Notes: generated from the letters alone by a model not told the origin. 64,000 nucleotides of DNA from Moniliella sp. 'wahieum' (GCA_003971905.1 RSEE01000024.1:434001-498000); one strand, 5' to 3'. Numbered from the stretch's first letter, positions 1 to 13,000 are shown. Program-made: numbers and translations.

Positions 1-1859
1 GGGGTGTTGCGAGGCAGTATGGAACAGAGGCGGCGTCGGCTCGTGCGGCTCGTGCGGCTCGTGTTGCTCGTGCGCAAAGGGGTTGGGCATCGTGGTAGGG
101 TCGTGCACAGCGCCCGGTACGCCCTGCGGCGGGTGCCCGGCCACCTCGGACGCCTGCCCAGGGTGGGGCGGCGTATCGCCCTTGGCCGCTTGCAAACCAC
201 GTAGCGCGGCCGCCAACCGGTCTTCCACTGGCACGTGGTCCGCCTGTGCCCCAGCCGGAGGGGGCGACTGGGCCGCGGTGGGGTGGTGCGAAGTGACCGG
301 TGCGGGCTCAGGGACTGTGCTGGAGTACAGAGCGGTGGGAGCCTTGGGTGCCGAAGCGTGCCAGGGGGAGGAGGCGGACGGAGAAGAGGTGGAAGCGCGG
401 TTGGTGGGCGCTAGCGCTTGCGCTGCAGGCGATGCCGACGCCCACTGGCCAGGGGCAGGACTAGAAGTGGGGCCCGGGACCATGGAGTCTTCCGGTCCAT
501 TGCTGGGGACCATCACGGGGGAGGAGTACAGCCCATCCGCCTCACTTGGCCCTGGTTGGGTGTGCGGCGGGTGGGGGGAGGGGATAGCACTGCCAGCAAG
601 CACGCCCGGCCCGCGTGCAAACGCAGCCGCATCCTTGGTGGGCGTTGCCGGCGGCATCTCACCCGGCACAACGGGAGGGTGGGAGACAGGTGCAGGCGTC
701 GCGTCTGCAGCTGCGGGGTCGTGCGCAGGCGCCTGGGGTGGAGGCCGCTTGGACACACGGGAGAACTGGGCGACGCGATAGGGCGTTCGCGAGTTGGGGG
801 CATGCCCTTCGGCAAAATTGACGAATTCGGGCGGGTCGAAGATCATATTGCCCGTCCCGCGTTCCGCCACAAAGTTGGCCGAATCACGAGCTGCATCGGA
901 AGCCTTAAAGGCATCAAATAAATCCTGGCAGGCATTGTCGTCCTCCACACAGGCCTCGGCTACTGCATTAATGTACCGCCAACAGTTCTGCTTGATAAAC
1001 TCGATCCGCTCCTCGTCTTGGTCTTGCGCTTGGTCCAGGAACGCCTTCCACTCCCGATTCCAGTTGTGGGTCGCGCTCTGGACCACCTTGGTGTACTGGC
1101 GATAATCGCGCTCGGTCGCCACCACGTCCGCGCTTGGCCTTTTCCAGCTTGGCCTCGGTGCGTTCCAAGTCGCGACCCTGCACCAGGGTCATTTGGGCAG
1201 TAAAGGTGTTGACCTTACCGCACTCGGATTGGTACTTGTCCCGCGCACGGTCCAGCATGGCAACTTGGGTGCGTTTGCTGTGGACCATCTTGGCGATCGC
1301 ATCGAGCGAGGAGGTGCGGAAGGCAGCTTGGGCTTGCTGAAACTGAGCCACGTCGTTGGACAACGGGCCTTTCAGTTCTTCGGCCACGGCGGCATGGGTC
1401 TGGGCCATGTGCTCCGTCTCCTGCTGCAGGGTTGCGAGCGCAGCAGCAATATGGCTGGTAAGGGCAAATTGGTCAGCCGTCAACGTCTCCATCGATCACA
1501 GAGGGAGGAGGGGAATGGCCCAAGCCAAGCACGTACCCAGTTTCGTCCTGGCCAATCGGCGTCCGGGCCAGCTTGGACATGGCCTTGGCATACTCGGCTT
1601 CGATCGCTGCGCGGTTCTTGTAGTAATTGCGCAGGTCATCGAGTGTTTTGGCAGTATCCTTGACGCGGCGGATGATGGTGTCGTAGCCGCGGTCGCCTCC
1701 GCCCTGGATGACGAGAGGGATGGTCAGTATGCCGTGGGCGGAAAGGGCTAGGCGGGGGGGAGGGACGCACCCAGAAGTTGTTGGCGAAGGTGCCGTCGCG
1801 CTGTCCGCCGGGGGGGGCGGGTGGGGGGCGGGCGTGGGACCGCTCTGGGCAGCATCCAT
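1..1859 (-). CDS. F-BAR (PCH) domain protein, Cdc15/Hof1/Imp2-like cytokinesis protein; 3' end runs off the window
   Basis: ATG at 1859; FANNFW|G..DRGYDTIIRRVKDTAKTLDDLRNYYKNRAAIEAEYAKAMSKLA..ETG is a typical FCH start, followed by a helical F-BAR region and a Pro/Ser-rich region. GTGCGT and GTACGT introns near 1770 and 1536; small frameshifts in G/C runs. Confidence 0.8.
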
Positions 1860-2586
1860 GGTCGCGGCGGTGGCGCTGGCGGTGGCGATGGCGATAGCAG
1901 GTGGTGGTGGGGGGGCGTGAGTTGACGAGTGATGTGCGATGCATGAGGTGCCAACAGGTGGTGGGTGATAGGGATGGGTGATGGGTGATGCCGATGGCCT
2001 GCGCAGCGCAGCAGAGCGCAGTGCGTCGGACTGCCGCAGCCGCCCGCCGCCTACCGCGGCCACGCGTCGGCACCCCACACAGACGCCGTGCCTGCAGTGT
2101 ATGCGCTGAGGTAAGCAAGCGGCCCAGCGGAGCACTTGGGACTTGCCCCTGGCAGCGCGCCAGGCTAGCACGCGGGCAGTGTGCCGCCCTGTCGGTGGCT
2201 CCAGTGCGCTGTCAGAGGATCGATTGGCCTGATTGAATGAGCAAGAGCCTCAGCCAACACACCTACCCACCTGGGAGCGGGACGCTGGAGATTAGCCCAG
2301 CCCTGTCGTCCGCCTCGCACCCGCCTGTCCAGCACGCATCGCATTGCACCTTCCAGCCTCCGTGCACAGCACCAGCATAGCATAGCATTGCAGCCTCCCA
2401 CGGCTGCCCATGAAGCATGCAGCATGCCAGGCGGCCGCCCCAGCGGCACCCACGCAGCACGTTCGCGGCGAGCAAGCTGCGCAGCATGGGCAACAGCGGG
2501 CCGTGAAATCGGGTCACGGCCAGGCGGCGGGGAAGAATGGAGCGGGGGTAGACCCGGGAAGATGCGCTGGCGCTCGCGCTCGCGCG

Positions 2587-3279
2587 TTACACCTTGACGT
2601 CAAGCGGCGGGCCAGGGATTTCGTAATTCTCATCATGATCTGGTCACAGCGCGAGCAAGCGGCAAGGTCAGTTAATACTCGGTGCATGTCCCAGTGTACA
2701 CTATTCTTGGCCCGGTACAGGCCTAGGCCCAGGGCCGGGGAGGGGGAGGGCGAGGGCGACGAGGCAAACGTACCGGCAATCAAAACGGTGATCATCCTGG
2801 CAGGGCAAAGTGCATCAAGAAAAGTGCATCAAAAGACAAGATAAGATAAGAGTCAGCTGCTGGCTTTGGGCACGACGGGCCGAAGGGAGGGAACGCACAT
2901 GTAGAGAGTGTAGAAGAAGAGGGCAAGGTAAAAGCCCAGTTTGAAGAAGCACACTTTCTTGGCCTGCGACAAAGTTCGGAAGATCTCCGTCGCATCGAGA
3001 AGGTAGGTTTGGGTTCGGAACTTGTGCGCATTGTACAACAACAGCGGAAGGTTGATGATCACCGCGGTAAATTGGCCACACAAGAGGAACAGGCCGGTGA
3101 GCACAGCATGCGCCGCCATCTCGGGCACAGTCAGGTCGTTGAGCTTGCTGCACAGGTCGATGGGGTTAATGTAATCGCATCGATCGGTCGGAGAACATGA
3201 TGATGTAGTACACCATGGTAAACATGAACCCGGCCGAAGCCAGGACACTGAAGATGTACAGCCAACTGGCCCAGGACAT
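2587..3279 (-). CDS. ERV14: Cornichon family ER cargo receptor
   Basis: MVYYIIMFSD..CDYINPIDLCSKLN..PE..AH and DATEIFRTL..K..F.KLGFYL motifs. Introns 2898-2797 and 2773-2640; last exon DHDENYEIPGPPLDVKV*. One apparent indel near 3185. Confidence 0.92.
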
Positions 3280-4166
3280 GGTGGTGGTCGAGGCAGGCGA
3301 GGCAGGCGAGGCCAAGGAGGATGGTGGTGGGAAGCTGAGCTGCAACCTGAAATCAGGAATCGGTAACGTCAATCATTAATCACATCACGTGGCGCTGGTG
3401 TGGCTCGTTGGTTTTGCCGCGGGAGGGTCCAGTGTGTGTCACGTGGCATGCCACATCAGCTGGGCGGACACACGACGCACTCGGTACTCATTAATCAACG
3501 TTCAACGTTCAACGTCACGTTCTGACTACGCTTCTGGTCTCCCTTGGGAGACAGGCGTTTGAAAGCCAGCCTCGGCGTCCAAGGCGCGGGGTGGCCAGTG
3601 TTTGGCCTCAAGCTCTCAAGTGCATCACTGCATCGCGTGCCTGGGGGGGACAAGTCCTTTTTTGGCCGCAACGCCCCGCGACTGCAGGGCAGACAACCAC
3701 CAGCTAGGCGCCCGGCGGCTTCTCGGAGAGCCAACAGATGCAGGATCAGTTATCTGTGCCGCCCCGGCCACAATCTCTCTTACCTCGGGCGGCGGATGCG
3801 TCGACGTTTCGTGTACACCGAGCGCTGCTGTCCATGCACCCCCAAGCCGTGTCATATGTCCTTCCTCTATCTTTGCTATGGACATCGGCACGTGGCCGGT
3901 CCGGGGGCTAGCAAGACCTACTCTTCTTGCGCCACGTAGGACACCGAGGCCCACCTGGCTCTCATGGCCGCTGCTGTGAATCTTCAATGCAGATAGGGAA
4001 AGACCGGACTGCGTCGGCTCGGCTTGCGTCATCCTCCGTTCACGGCACCGCGACCAGACGGGCGACCCTGGGCTCGGGCGAGGGCGAACGAACGACGACA
4101 ACGACACGAAAACCAGACCAGACGAGAATCAGACAAAACGAAAGGAGACGCGACAGATGGACAGGA

Positions 4167-4877
4167 TTAGATCGCGCCACCAATTTGCTCCGTCATCACC
4201 TCGATCTCATCATCGTCCTCGAGGCCAAGCTTGGGTGAGTAGGCACGAGTTAGCACAGACGCCCAAGAACAAACACAGGGAGAGCCGGAGAAACGTACCG
4301 ACTGTGCCGTGTCGTCTGGCTGTACACGGTTGCCATCCACTACAAAACGCACAGAACTGCAAGCCCGTCAGTACTCCAAAGGACATGCATCCAGCACGAA
4401 CAGATGACAGGGGAAGTACGCACCTGCTGTCGGTACCCTGATGGCACGCAAAGCGAAGGGAAGGGAAGCATGGTCAGTATTCTCCTCGCATCTCCTAGCA
4501 TGGGCGACTTCGTACCATGCGGTCGGCATACGCTGGGCAGCAGGGTTAGTAGGCATTCCAACATCAGCGCACGAAGCAACGTACCCTTCATCAGCTTGGA
4601 CAGCTACAGGCGGTGAAGAGACAGGTAAGAACGCGTCAAAAACAGGCAAGCGGATGCAGGAAGAACTCATAGCACGTACCTTGGTAGTCCGCTTGACCTG
4701 AAATACGGGCGGGGGGGCGAAAGAGAACATGTCAGCTACTGCGGAGGCAGGGACCATGAAGGAAGGAAAGGACGGCACCTTGAAGAAGACCTCAGCGCCA
4801 TCGCTGTTCTTAACCTTGAGGTTGAGGTGCTCGTCGGCGGTGCTGGAAACGTCGGGCTTGGTGTCAGCTTCGCTCAT
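4167..4877 (-). CDS. SMT3: SUMO (small ubiquitin-like modifier), 7 exons
   Basis: Splicing exons 4877-4779, 4697-4680, 4603-4585, 4532-4516, 4437-4424, 4356-4299 and 4229-4167 gives MSEADTKP..HLNLKVKNSDGAEVFFKVKRTTKLSKLMKAYADRMGTDSSSVRFVVDGNRVQPDDTAQSLGLEDDDEIEVMTEQIGG-AI, with the C-terminal di-Gly. Confidence 0.95.
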
Positions 4878-5660
4878 GGTGATTGGGGGCGATGGATGGC
4901 GGTGGGGAGGCAGGCCAAGAGGACAAAAGGATCAGAGGACAGGCGACGAGCGAGAGCCCACGCCAAATGCGCTGATGCACTCGGCCTGCTTGGGTGTGGC
5001 CAAACGAATAGCAGCCGTCCAACGGGCACCAGGGGGGCAGTGTGCATGAGGCGAGCCGCGCGCTGTACGTAAGCCGGGGCCCGCGCACACGCGACGCGTG
5101 GCGGGATCGGTAATCGCCCAGCCATCCTCTCATCCTCTCCGCTGCCCCTCTGCCGGCCGCCCCAACCACAGCCAATGTCTGCGGCGAGAACAAGGATGGG
5201 TCACGTGACCCCGCGCGTTTGCAGGCGGCCGAGGGGAAGGAGCCTCGGTGCCTGCCATTGCTCTCCTTGTTCGCAATGCCGATCGTGCTCCCGCAGTGCC
5301 GTTCCCGACTCCGTTCTACGGAAGTAAACGCTGGGGAACATGGGGTCGGATGTGCTGGGCATACTGTTATGTGCATAGCGCAGCCGAGCCCACGCGTGTC
5401 GTCTGCCCGCTCCTATCTTTTTGCACCTTCCTTCGAGGGCTATAGGGGTGGTCCGACGGTGCCTATAACGGCAAGCTTCTTCCGCCGTCCCATAACCCAG
5501 ACATCCACGCAGAGATCAAATAGCATATGATTAGCAATGACAAAATGGATCCAACTGGGGTGGAAAAGCAGAAAAGACGAGGTATCCATCGAATGAGACC
5601 ACGAGCCTCGTCCAATGAGATACTAGGATTAGGATTAGGGGGGGCTGTGAGGAGGGGTTG

Positions 5661-6518
5661 TGTCACGGGCGGGCGCCGCCAGGGGGCCCGCCCTGGGGAT
5701 TTTGGGGTACAATCCCTTAGGCGACGGTAGGTCGACTCACGGTAGTTTCGGGCTTGGGCTGGTTGGTGTATCCGAGCGGAGCTAGAGACGGAGAGGCCTT
5801 TGGTGGGGCGGCTGCACGTGTGGCTGCACGTGTGGCAAAAGGCTGCGTCTGCACCGGCTTGGGCCGTAGTAACGTGTCTGAAGCCTCCGGGACTTAGGGA
5901 CGGGAGGAGGCAGCGGCGGACAAACACTGCCTCAACTGAGACTGGAAATCGACGCGACCAAAGGAGGGCTTGCACGACTGGACTGACGAAGGGCTGGAGG
6001 ACGAGGTCGGAGGAGATGTCGGACGCTAACAAGAGTACGATGCCTGTACTGGATCAATTGGCTGGAAAATGGGCAGGAGTCGGACAGGATAGGCGGGAAA
6101 GGAGGAGATATGACGAGAGTGGAGACGAGAATGGAAGGGGGGGAAAAGATCCCCATCAACCAGGGGTACAGGCAGGATCAAAAGGGAAACGGATACAAGA
6201 GGGGGTGTAGAAAGGAAGACACGTCAAAAGCGGTGGGGTGGTCGCCGCAGGCGCGACCGAGAAAGGAAAAGGAAACGGGGACGGGGCGACAGACGTCGCC
6301 ACGGCGCTGGAAGCTCGGTGGCCTTATTTAGGCCGGCCGACTTGGACTTGGGCGGGGGGCGACTATTGTCGCACGGAGCATGGCCCTTCGGCCACGATAC
6401 TTAATTTAGCCAGCCATCATCACACTTGGTTGGCCTGCGGAGCACGCTCTACTGGGCATGTGCGGAGCAGGCGGGCCTTAGCTTCGATAGAACCATCTCG
6501 AGTCCGCAGCCCGTGACA
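5661..6518 (-). mobile_element. Solo LTR-like element (858 bp)
   Basis: Perfect 10-bp terminal inverted repeat TGTCACGGGC...GCCCGTGACA, flanked by the exact 5-bp direct repeat GGTTG (5656-5660, 6519-6523). Orientation is inferred. Confidence 0.88.
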
Positions 6519-6533
6519 GGTTGTGGGAGGAGT

Positions 6534-8483
6534 TTACACAGTGGGCTTGATCGGGCAGTTCACCTCGGATTTACTTTTTGCGTGCCAGATGTCCCAGTTG
6601 TCCCCGATGGCGAGCTGGGCCGCTGGGCACGTTGCCGGCACGCCAAGCGGAACCCTGACCGTGCCGAATCGAGTAGATCCTTGGCAATGTTCTCGACGTG
6701 GTGCGACTGGATCACGCCTCGCACCACCCCATACGACTCGGGCTGCTCGGTAGATAACCTCATGCCGACCCGTACCAGGTCCCGCAGCAGCGGCTGGCTG
6801 GGCCTGGTAAAAGTTGGGTGTGCTAAAGTCAAGCTGGAACAATCCCATCGTATCCTCCGGCTCTTCCTCCACCACTTGCGAGCGCGCTTCGCGTTTGACC
6901 CACGTGCCACGCAGCTCATGTTCTTCCAACTGCCGAAAATCATGTACACCCAGTTTGGTGTACAGGTGCTTACGCAGATCCAACTGTGCATTCCCACCAG
7001 CATGTGTTAACTCGCAACGCTCCGCACCAACGATACATACACAGACTTGGGAAGGTGGGGACGAGCGCACACGTACCAAAAGTTTGCGATTGCGATACCG
7101 CTTGTCGGTGTGCGGTATGAACGTCATGAGCCCCTGCTCATTAATCAGGTCCGGGGGGAACGGACCCTGGTGTACCACAGAGGAATCGAGTGTAGCCTCA
7201 TCGGGCCCATCACGGCCCGATTGTTCACCCTCATTTGGGCCACCCGCCTCCCATTTTGCCACCTTGCTGCGTTTCACCGAGGGAGGAGGATGCTTAGCTG
7301 GTCGTTTGCCAGTTTTGGACAAGCGGGTCTTCAACGGCGCCCTATCTTCGGGAATGGCATCGACCATGGTGGGGCTGGCGCGGGATTCAGACGTGCTGGC
7401 GGGGGGTTCGGACGAGCTGGCAGTAAGTTCCCCAGGGCGAAGGGTGCCTTTCCCCGGGCTGAGGTTGGGCTCGGACGAGAGTGCGGTGGAATCAGATGGG
7501 CTCGCGTGACCAACCCATCCGGCACCCGGGAACAGGAGATAAGGCTCCGGAACAGGAATGTCGTCCCCCCCTGCCTTGCTCTGGGGAGGGAAGGAGGAGG
7601 AAGCGAGGTCCATGCCCGTCAACGTCGTGGGCATGGACCAAACATATTCTTGGTCCTGGCTCGTAAACGGAGAGGGTGTGTCCGTTTGTTTCTCGCTGAG
7701 CACCCAAGGTGGCGGTTTGCCGAACGACGGGGTCGCAGGCAGGTCCATCACGTTGGGCAGGCTAATGGCTGTGGCAGGCCTCAGGGGGTGAGTGTACGGT
7801 GGCGTAGGCGCCAGAGAGGGTCCCGCAATCGACGCTCGTTCTCCCATTCCCGGTCCCCACGTCCGAGCCGTGAACGGTAAGGTCAACCAGACCGCATGAA
7901 CAGCCGAATGACGTGGCGGGTGGCGGACATGCGGGTCGATTACCAGTTCACCAGAGCGGGAAATACCGTTCAACAGCCTAGAGAGTGCACCCGGCCCTTT
8001 TCTTGGAACAGCGGGCGCTTCTTCCCTGCGCGCCTCGACACGGTTGGGATCCAGGCCCTCACGTACCAATGTATGTGGTTCAATCCACGAGCGCGCTTGC
8101 ACGTCCTTCTCGTTTGCCGCGGCTGCTATGGGAGAGGAAGCGTGTGGTTCCACCTCCAGCAATGGCACTTGGTCATCAGATCCGCCCAAGTCTATGGTGC
8201 CGAGGTCAGGGAACACCAGCGGGAACAATGGGTCCTCGTCTTTGCCCGGATGCCAGTTGGGTGCGTTGACAGAACCGGGGCTAGAGGCTGCGTGCTCTGT
8301 CAGTAAGGGCAGTGAGTGAGAACCAGTGGCGGGACGAATAGCTGGGGTCCTGATGGGAAGAGAAGTGGCACTAGTGGGAAGAGAAGTGGCACTCGTGGGA
8401 AGAGCAGCGCCACTGGGTCCCAGCGTAGCGACCAACTCGCTGGTGGTGTTCCAGGCGAGGCCGGAAGATGTGTGGTCAAGCAT
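6534..8483 (-). CDS. Hypothetical Ser/Pro-rich protein (about 650 aa ORF), no recognised domain
   Basis: Long ATG-initiated ORF with a probable in-frame intron (GTACGT ~7076 ... TTAAC ... CAG ~6984) and a basic NLS-like patch (KTGKRPAKHPPPSVKRSK). Confidence 0.55.
   Translation of the reverse strand: MLDHTSSGLAWNTTSELVATLGPSGAALPTSATSLPTSATSLPIRTPAIRPATGSHSLPLLTEHAASSPGSVNAPNWHPGKDEDPLFPLVFPDLGTIDLGGSDDQVPLLEVEPHASSPIAAAANEKDVQARSWIEPHTLVREGLDPNRVEARREEAPAVPRKGPGALSRLLNGISRSGELVIDPHVRHPPRHSAVHAVWLTLPFTARTWGPGMGERASIAGPSLAPTPPYTHPLRPATAISLPNVMDLPATPSFGKPPPWVLSEKQTDTPSPFTSQDQEYVWSMPTTLTGMDLASSSFPPQSKAGGDDIPVPEPYLLFPGAGWVGHASPSDSTALSSEPNLSPGKGTLRPGELTASSSEPPASTSESRASPTMVDAIPEDRAPLKTRLSKTGKRPAKHPPPSVKRSKVAKWEAGGPNEGEQSGRDGPDEATLDSSVVHQGPFPPDLINEQGLMTFIPHTDKRYRNRKLLVRVRSSPPSQVCVCIVGAERCELTHAGGNAQLDLRKHLYTKLGVHDFRQLEEHELRGTWVKREARSQVVEEEPEDTMGLFQLDFSTPNFYQAQPAAAAGPGTGRHEVIYRAARVVWGGARRDPVAPRREHCQGSTRFGTVRVPLGVPATCPAAQLAIGDNWDIWHAKSKSEVNCPIKPTV
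8354..8404. repeat. 21-bp tandem repeat (about 2.4 copies) encoding LPTSATS
   Basis: tgggaagagaagtggcact(a/c)g repeated. Confidence 0.85.
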
Positions 8484-9890
8484 AACTGCTGCTGTACTGA
8501 AATGGAGGGTCCCGGACGCGTTAAAAGGTGTGGTTGCGGCGGGCGTCAGAGGTTAAGTGGCGATGTCGTTGATATATGGTGGCGAATGGGTAATGAGATC
8601 TGAGATCTGTGAGAGGGTTATGAAAACTTGGCAGGAAGCCTGTGGCCTTCCTGTGGTCATGCCTTTCGTACAAGGCCTTGGAGTCATAAATCATAGCCGA
8701 CTCACGTAGTCGCACACACCGCAGGCTTGAACCTGCCTGAAGCGTGAAGCTTGCAACTTGGACAGCTTGTGGAGCTCGACGCCTGAGGTCCTTCAGGAGG
8801 CCTGCGACCTGAGGCTGGAAGCTTTGGACACGTCGTACGCTCACATGCCACCAGAGATTGGGGCCTGTGGTTTGGAGCTTGGACCTCGGATGGGCCTAGG
8901 GTCTGTGGGAATAATAGGGCTGCTGTCCGCAGGGGGCGAAACACCCTCGATCATCGATGGGGCAAAAAACGCAGCCTAGGCGGTATAGATACATCCGTTG
9001 ATTGCTCCCGCGCTGGCGTGCGGCCTATATAGGGGGGAGGACAGTATGTAGGGCAGACGCTAGGCAGGTCCCATATTCCCATATATGGCACAACATACCT
9101 GTTTGCACCCCCAGGATGCCTGCGGCCTGATGCGCTCTGTTTCTTGTCTGGCTACGGCCGCTTGGCGCGCTTGAAGCTTTTGACGTTGGATCGGGACGGA
9201 CCGGATCGAATTGGAAGGACTTCAGACCATAAGAACTATTAGGAACTAGGAACTCTAGGAACTATAGTAATTAGTAACTGGTAACCGGTAACTCCTCCCT
9301 TTTTGCTATATCGCGTAGCATCATGTCAGTAGTACTCCGTACAGAGGGACGTGGTGCGTGGTGGAGATCTACATATAACAAGTTCACTCGCCCAATTGGT
9401 ACTTGGTCTGTATCTCTTTTCTCCCTTTTGTATCGGCAGCACTCAAACAGCTAATATCGCGGGTATTCTCCACACCACAATCGTTCTTGTCAATGATTAA
9501 TGATCCCCACATCCCCAGGTGGCCAATCTCACTACACTGTCCTAATCTTATACACCTCAAGCCCACGATGGCGATTGTTTAAGGTTGCCCGTTGCACCAG
9601 ATGATGGCAGGGACAGTGTGGCGTGACGCGTATTCTAGGGTAACGCGGAAACGCGGTAACGCGGTAACGTAGGGTAACCGGTAACGTGGTAACGATAGGG
9701 ACGCTCAGTGTTCGGTATGTGTTTTTTCCGGGTATTACTATATCTTGTTAGAGGGTACTGCTAGGGTTCTCCTGCGCGGCCCTCAATGGATCGGTGACGC
9801 TCGCCTAGCCGAGCGGAAGCGTTCCGCTCGCAGGCCGCGCACGCCCTGCTCGCTCCATCTCCCTTCTCTCTCTCCTTTCTCCTTCCCTTC

Positions 9891-10044
9891 AGACGTTGCT
9901 TGAAGACTTGTGGCTCACCACTTTGCCTTCACGCCTTGTCTGAAGGTACGCCTCTGCTTCCTTTCTTGACCTGTTGCTCCTCACAATGAGACGTTGCTTG
10001 AAGACTTGTGGCTCACCACTTTGCCTTCACGCCTTGTCTGAAGG
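9891..10044 (+). repeat. Exact 56-bp direct repeat (9891-9946, 9989-10044)
   Basis: agacgttgcttgaagacttgtggctcaccactttgccttcacgccttgtctgaagg occurs twice, separated by 42 bp. Confidence 0.92.
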
Positions 10045-13000
10045 CTGCTTTGCAGCTGATCCATAGGATCGCGAGTGCTCCCAAGTCGCACTCTAGCATA
10101 TCTCTCTCGAATCTCGCAGATCTCAGACTGAGATCTCAGATCTCAGCGATCTCAACGCGTTCAACTTGTGTTCATGCTCAAGCTCTCAAGGTGCTGTAAG
10201 ATCTAAGCATTTTTTCAGACGTCCGAGTTGCCCAGTAGAACGTATCCGGCCTCTTGGGCTGACGCTTCAGCCTGAGGGCGCTGAGGCGCTGAGAGCGCTG
10301 AGACCTCGCATTCACGCGTCGCAGGAAAGGAGGAAATAACATAGAAAGTACTCGGTACGTTCAACAATCATTAAATTGGGAGAACCCCATTATTCCCTGA
10401 TGCCCTGGCCCCACAGATGTAAGATCCTAACTAACTAAAACAAGAAGCTTAAGTCCCAGTCCGTTGCAATCGCCCCTGGTGCCCTGTTGCATGTCCCCTC
10501 AGCCGTTCTCCTCCCCTGCTAGGTACTGCGTGAGTGCGGATCTGCTATGCGGGAACATTGCGCCTCCAAGCCCATCATGCTGCGGGCCTCCGCAGCCTCC
10601 ACCGTGCTTAAAGGTATGAGTGCACTTGTGCCCTGGTGTGGTGCATGCGAACTTGCTCTCTGCTCGGCGCTCGACACTCGCCCCCAGCTACAAGGCCTAA
10701 CACCCAGGTCATAATTCCCATTCCTTGTTGTTCCTGGTCTCATCACGTGTCCGTGCCACATGTCAAGCTTCAAGGCACTCGGCCAAAGTGTCGTTCACTT
10801 GTATGTACTCGCGATGCCATGGCTAGCGTGACGCGTGACGCGTGACTCTGTACACAACATACTCTCCAAGAGTATATCGCCGCCCCAACTGGCCGAGCAT
10901 TCGCGCATTTGCCGCAGCCGAGGTTCCACTATCCGTCTGGTATATGTAGAAACCCGGTTCGACGTATGCGAAACGTTTTGAGCGCGCCGCTGAGCATGTG
11001 GAGAGCGTCAAAACAGAACTACTTTTGAGAGTAACTACAGCAACTAGCGACTCGTAACTCGACTCGCAATTATTACATGTTACAGGACTGAACCTGTAAC
11101 CACATGTAATCGGTAGACTGTATAAACAGTAAACTTACGCTGTTAAGCGTCCGGGAACATCGTAGCAAGTAACTAGTAACATGTAACACGCAGCCCACGG
11201 GACAAAACGTGCGGTACCATACAATGTGGGTACAGAGTGAATACAAGGTGCCCTGCGACTGCTGCGCGGTGTACCCGGTCTCGAGGATAAATCGATAGTC
11301 CATGGCAGTGGACGACCAGCGGGTTTTACCAGCCTTACCGGCCTTACCGCTGTTAAGCATTAGTATATGTGAACACGCCCAGGCATTACGGGCGGCACTG
11401 GGGCAGCCAGGCCCTCAGGTCTCAGGGACGGTTCGATGGGTTCGGGCTCGCGCCTGCTCGCGCTCTCAACACCACCTCTCTCGCTGAAAAACAGGCCGCG
11501 GTGGCTCATCGAAGCGTGGTTGCACTATGCAGGATGCATGATTCATGAATGGCTTTGCACTCTATATCTCCGAAAGCACCTATTATAAGTGTCCGCACAC
11601 GTTGTCCATACTCATCGACATCGGCAATTACTAGTTAGGTTTGCCTCCTCGCGTACCGGCACGTGCCCTTGTTCCTTCCCGTACGAAACCTCCCTCAGGC
11701 CGTAATTGGGCCTCCGTCCCATTCCGTTTTTTTGCGTGGGGTCCTGCAGTGGCTTGTGGCCCACTTCCATTCCCCTGTGGCCTGACCGAAGATCCTCCAA
11801 ACTCCCCTCCGTCGGTAGAGTTTCTCGTGCGCTTCGCTCTGTTTCCCCACCGCGGCGATATGCCTCCTCTTCCAACACCACAACGGTCGACTCAGTGAGA
11901 CCTTGGTGGATGGATGTTGTGAATAGAGCGCATGAGCGTGAGGATTACAGCCCCCGCTCTCGTGTTACGGACTTGTGCGGCGTACCAACTGCTTGGATTG
12001 GATGCAGGTGCAGGCCAAGATTTATGTGCTTCAACGAAGGACCTAGATCATCAGATCAGACCAACACACTCTTGCCCTTACTGCGCGAGGGACGGCACAG
12101 GGTACGGAGCTGTCAGGAGACCACGATCTGGACCTGCTTGTGTCGGTGAGGTCGAGAGGCACTCCACTGTCGGCATGGAGGAAGGCCAAATGTAGTGGAA
12201 AGCACTGCTGTTCTCACCTCAACCCCGCTGCAATGATCGACTTCGTTCAAGTTCTGGAGTATAAAAACCCCCGTCGACGACCCTCCTATATTTTCATCTC
12301 GCGCTAGCGCTACATCTTCCTCTCACAACTGTATACGAGCAAGCGAACACAATACCCCCGATGGTTACTATAGATAGCCGTTGATCTCATTGACCGAGGC
12401 GCGTATCCGAGGTGCAATGTACAGGGAGAGAGGGGGTTACCACAGCCTCCTAGTCAAATAGATAGGCGCTTGAATATATTCTAGACATTGCAAGTCCTAT
12501 CATGTGCTAGGGGCCTTCGTCACCCCCCCCCCCCTAGATCCGTAGTCGAATCTCCCATGCAGAGGAACGCGTCAACCTTTTCTCTCTCTATCTGATTGGG
12601 GGCATATATTTTCTTGGCGCGAGTGACGCCGCAATGGAGCTGGTCTGGGGTTAGTGTTGTGATCCACAGTTTCTTCGGGGTTGTTCTCAAAGCTATGCTC
12701 GAGCTGAAAGACATGTGCGAGTTGCGCTTCTTTTGGAACAATCGATGGCATTTTTGCAGGTCGTAATGAGAATACATTAGGGATCCATACGTCGGAACCA
12801 AAGTAAATCCACGTTAAGTGTACTAGCTTTGTAGTAGTTGTCCTATCTGGAGAACTGTTGACAACGGAAGGATCTGTGGTCGGACTGCTTGTTCTTGGTA
12901 CAGACGTCTGTGCGTGCCCGTGGCACTCTCGAAAAGCGAAAGACCAACCACAAATGATCATTAAGATCATTCCCATTATGCTTTGTCTCACTACCATTTG

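Noticed and set aside
10940..11450. tRNA-like GGTTCGA motifs
   Set aside because: No cloverleaf or A-box could be built around them.
12520..12801. QLHCGVTRAKK as helicase motif VI (Helitron or Pif1 relic), and the poly-C at ~12522-12534 as a polypurine tract
   Set aside because: No other helicase motifs lie nearby, and no LTR with a matching TSD could be delimited.
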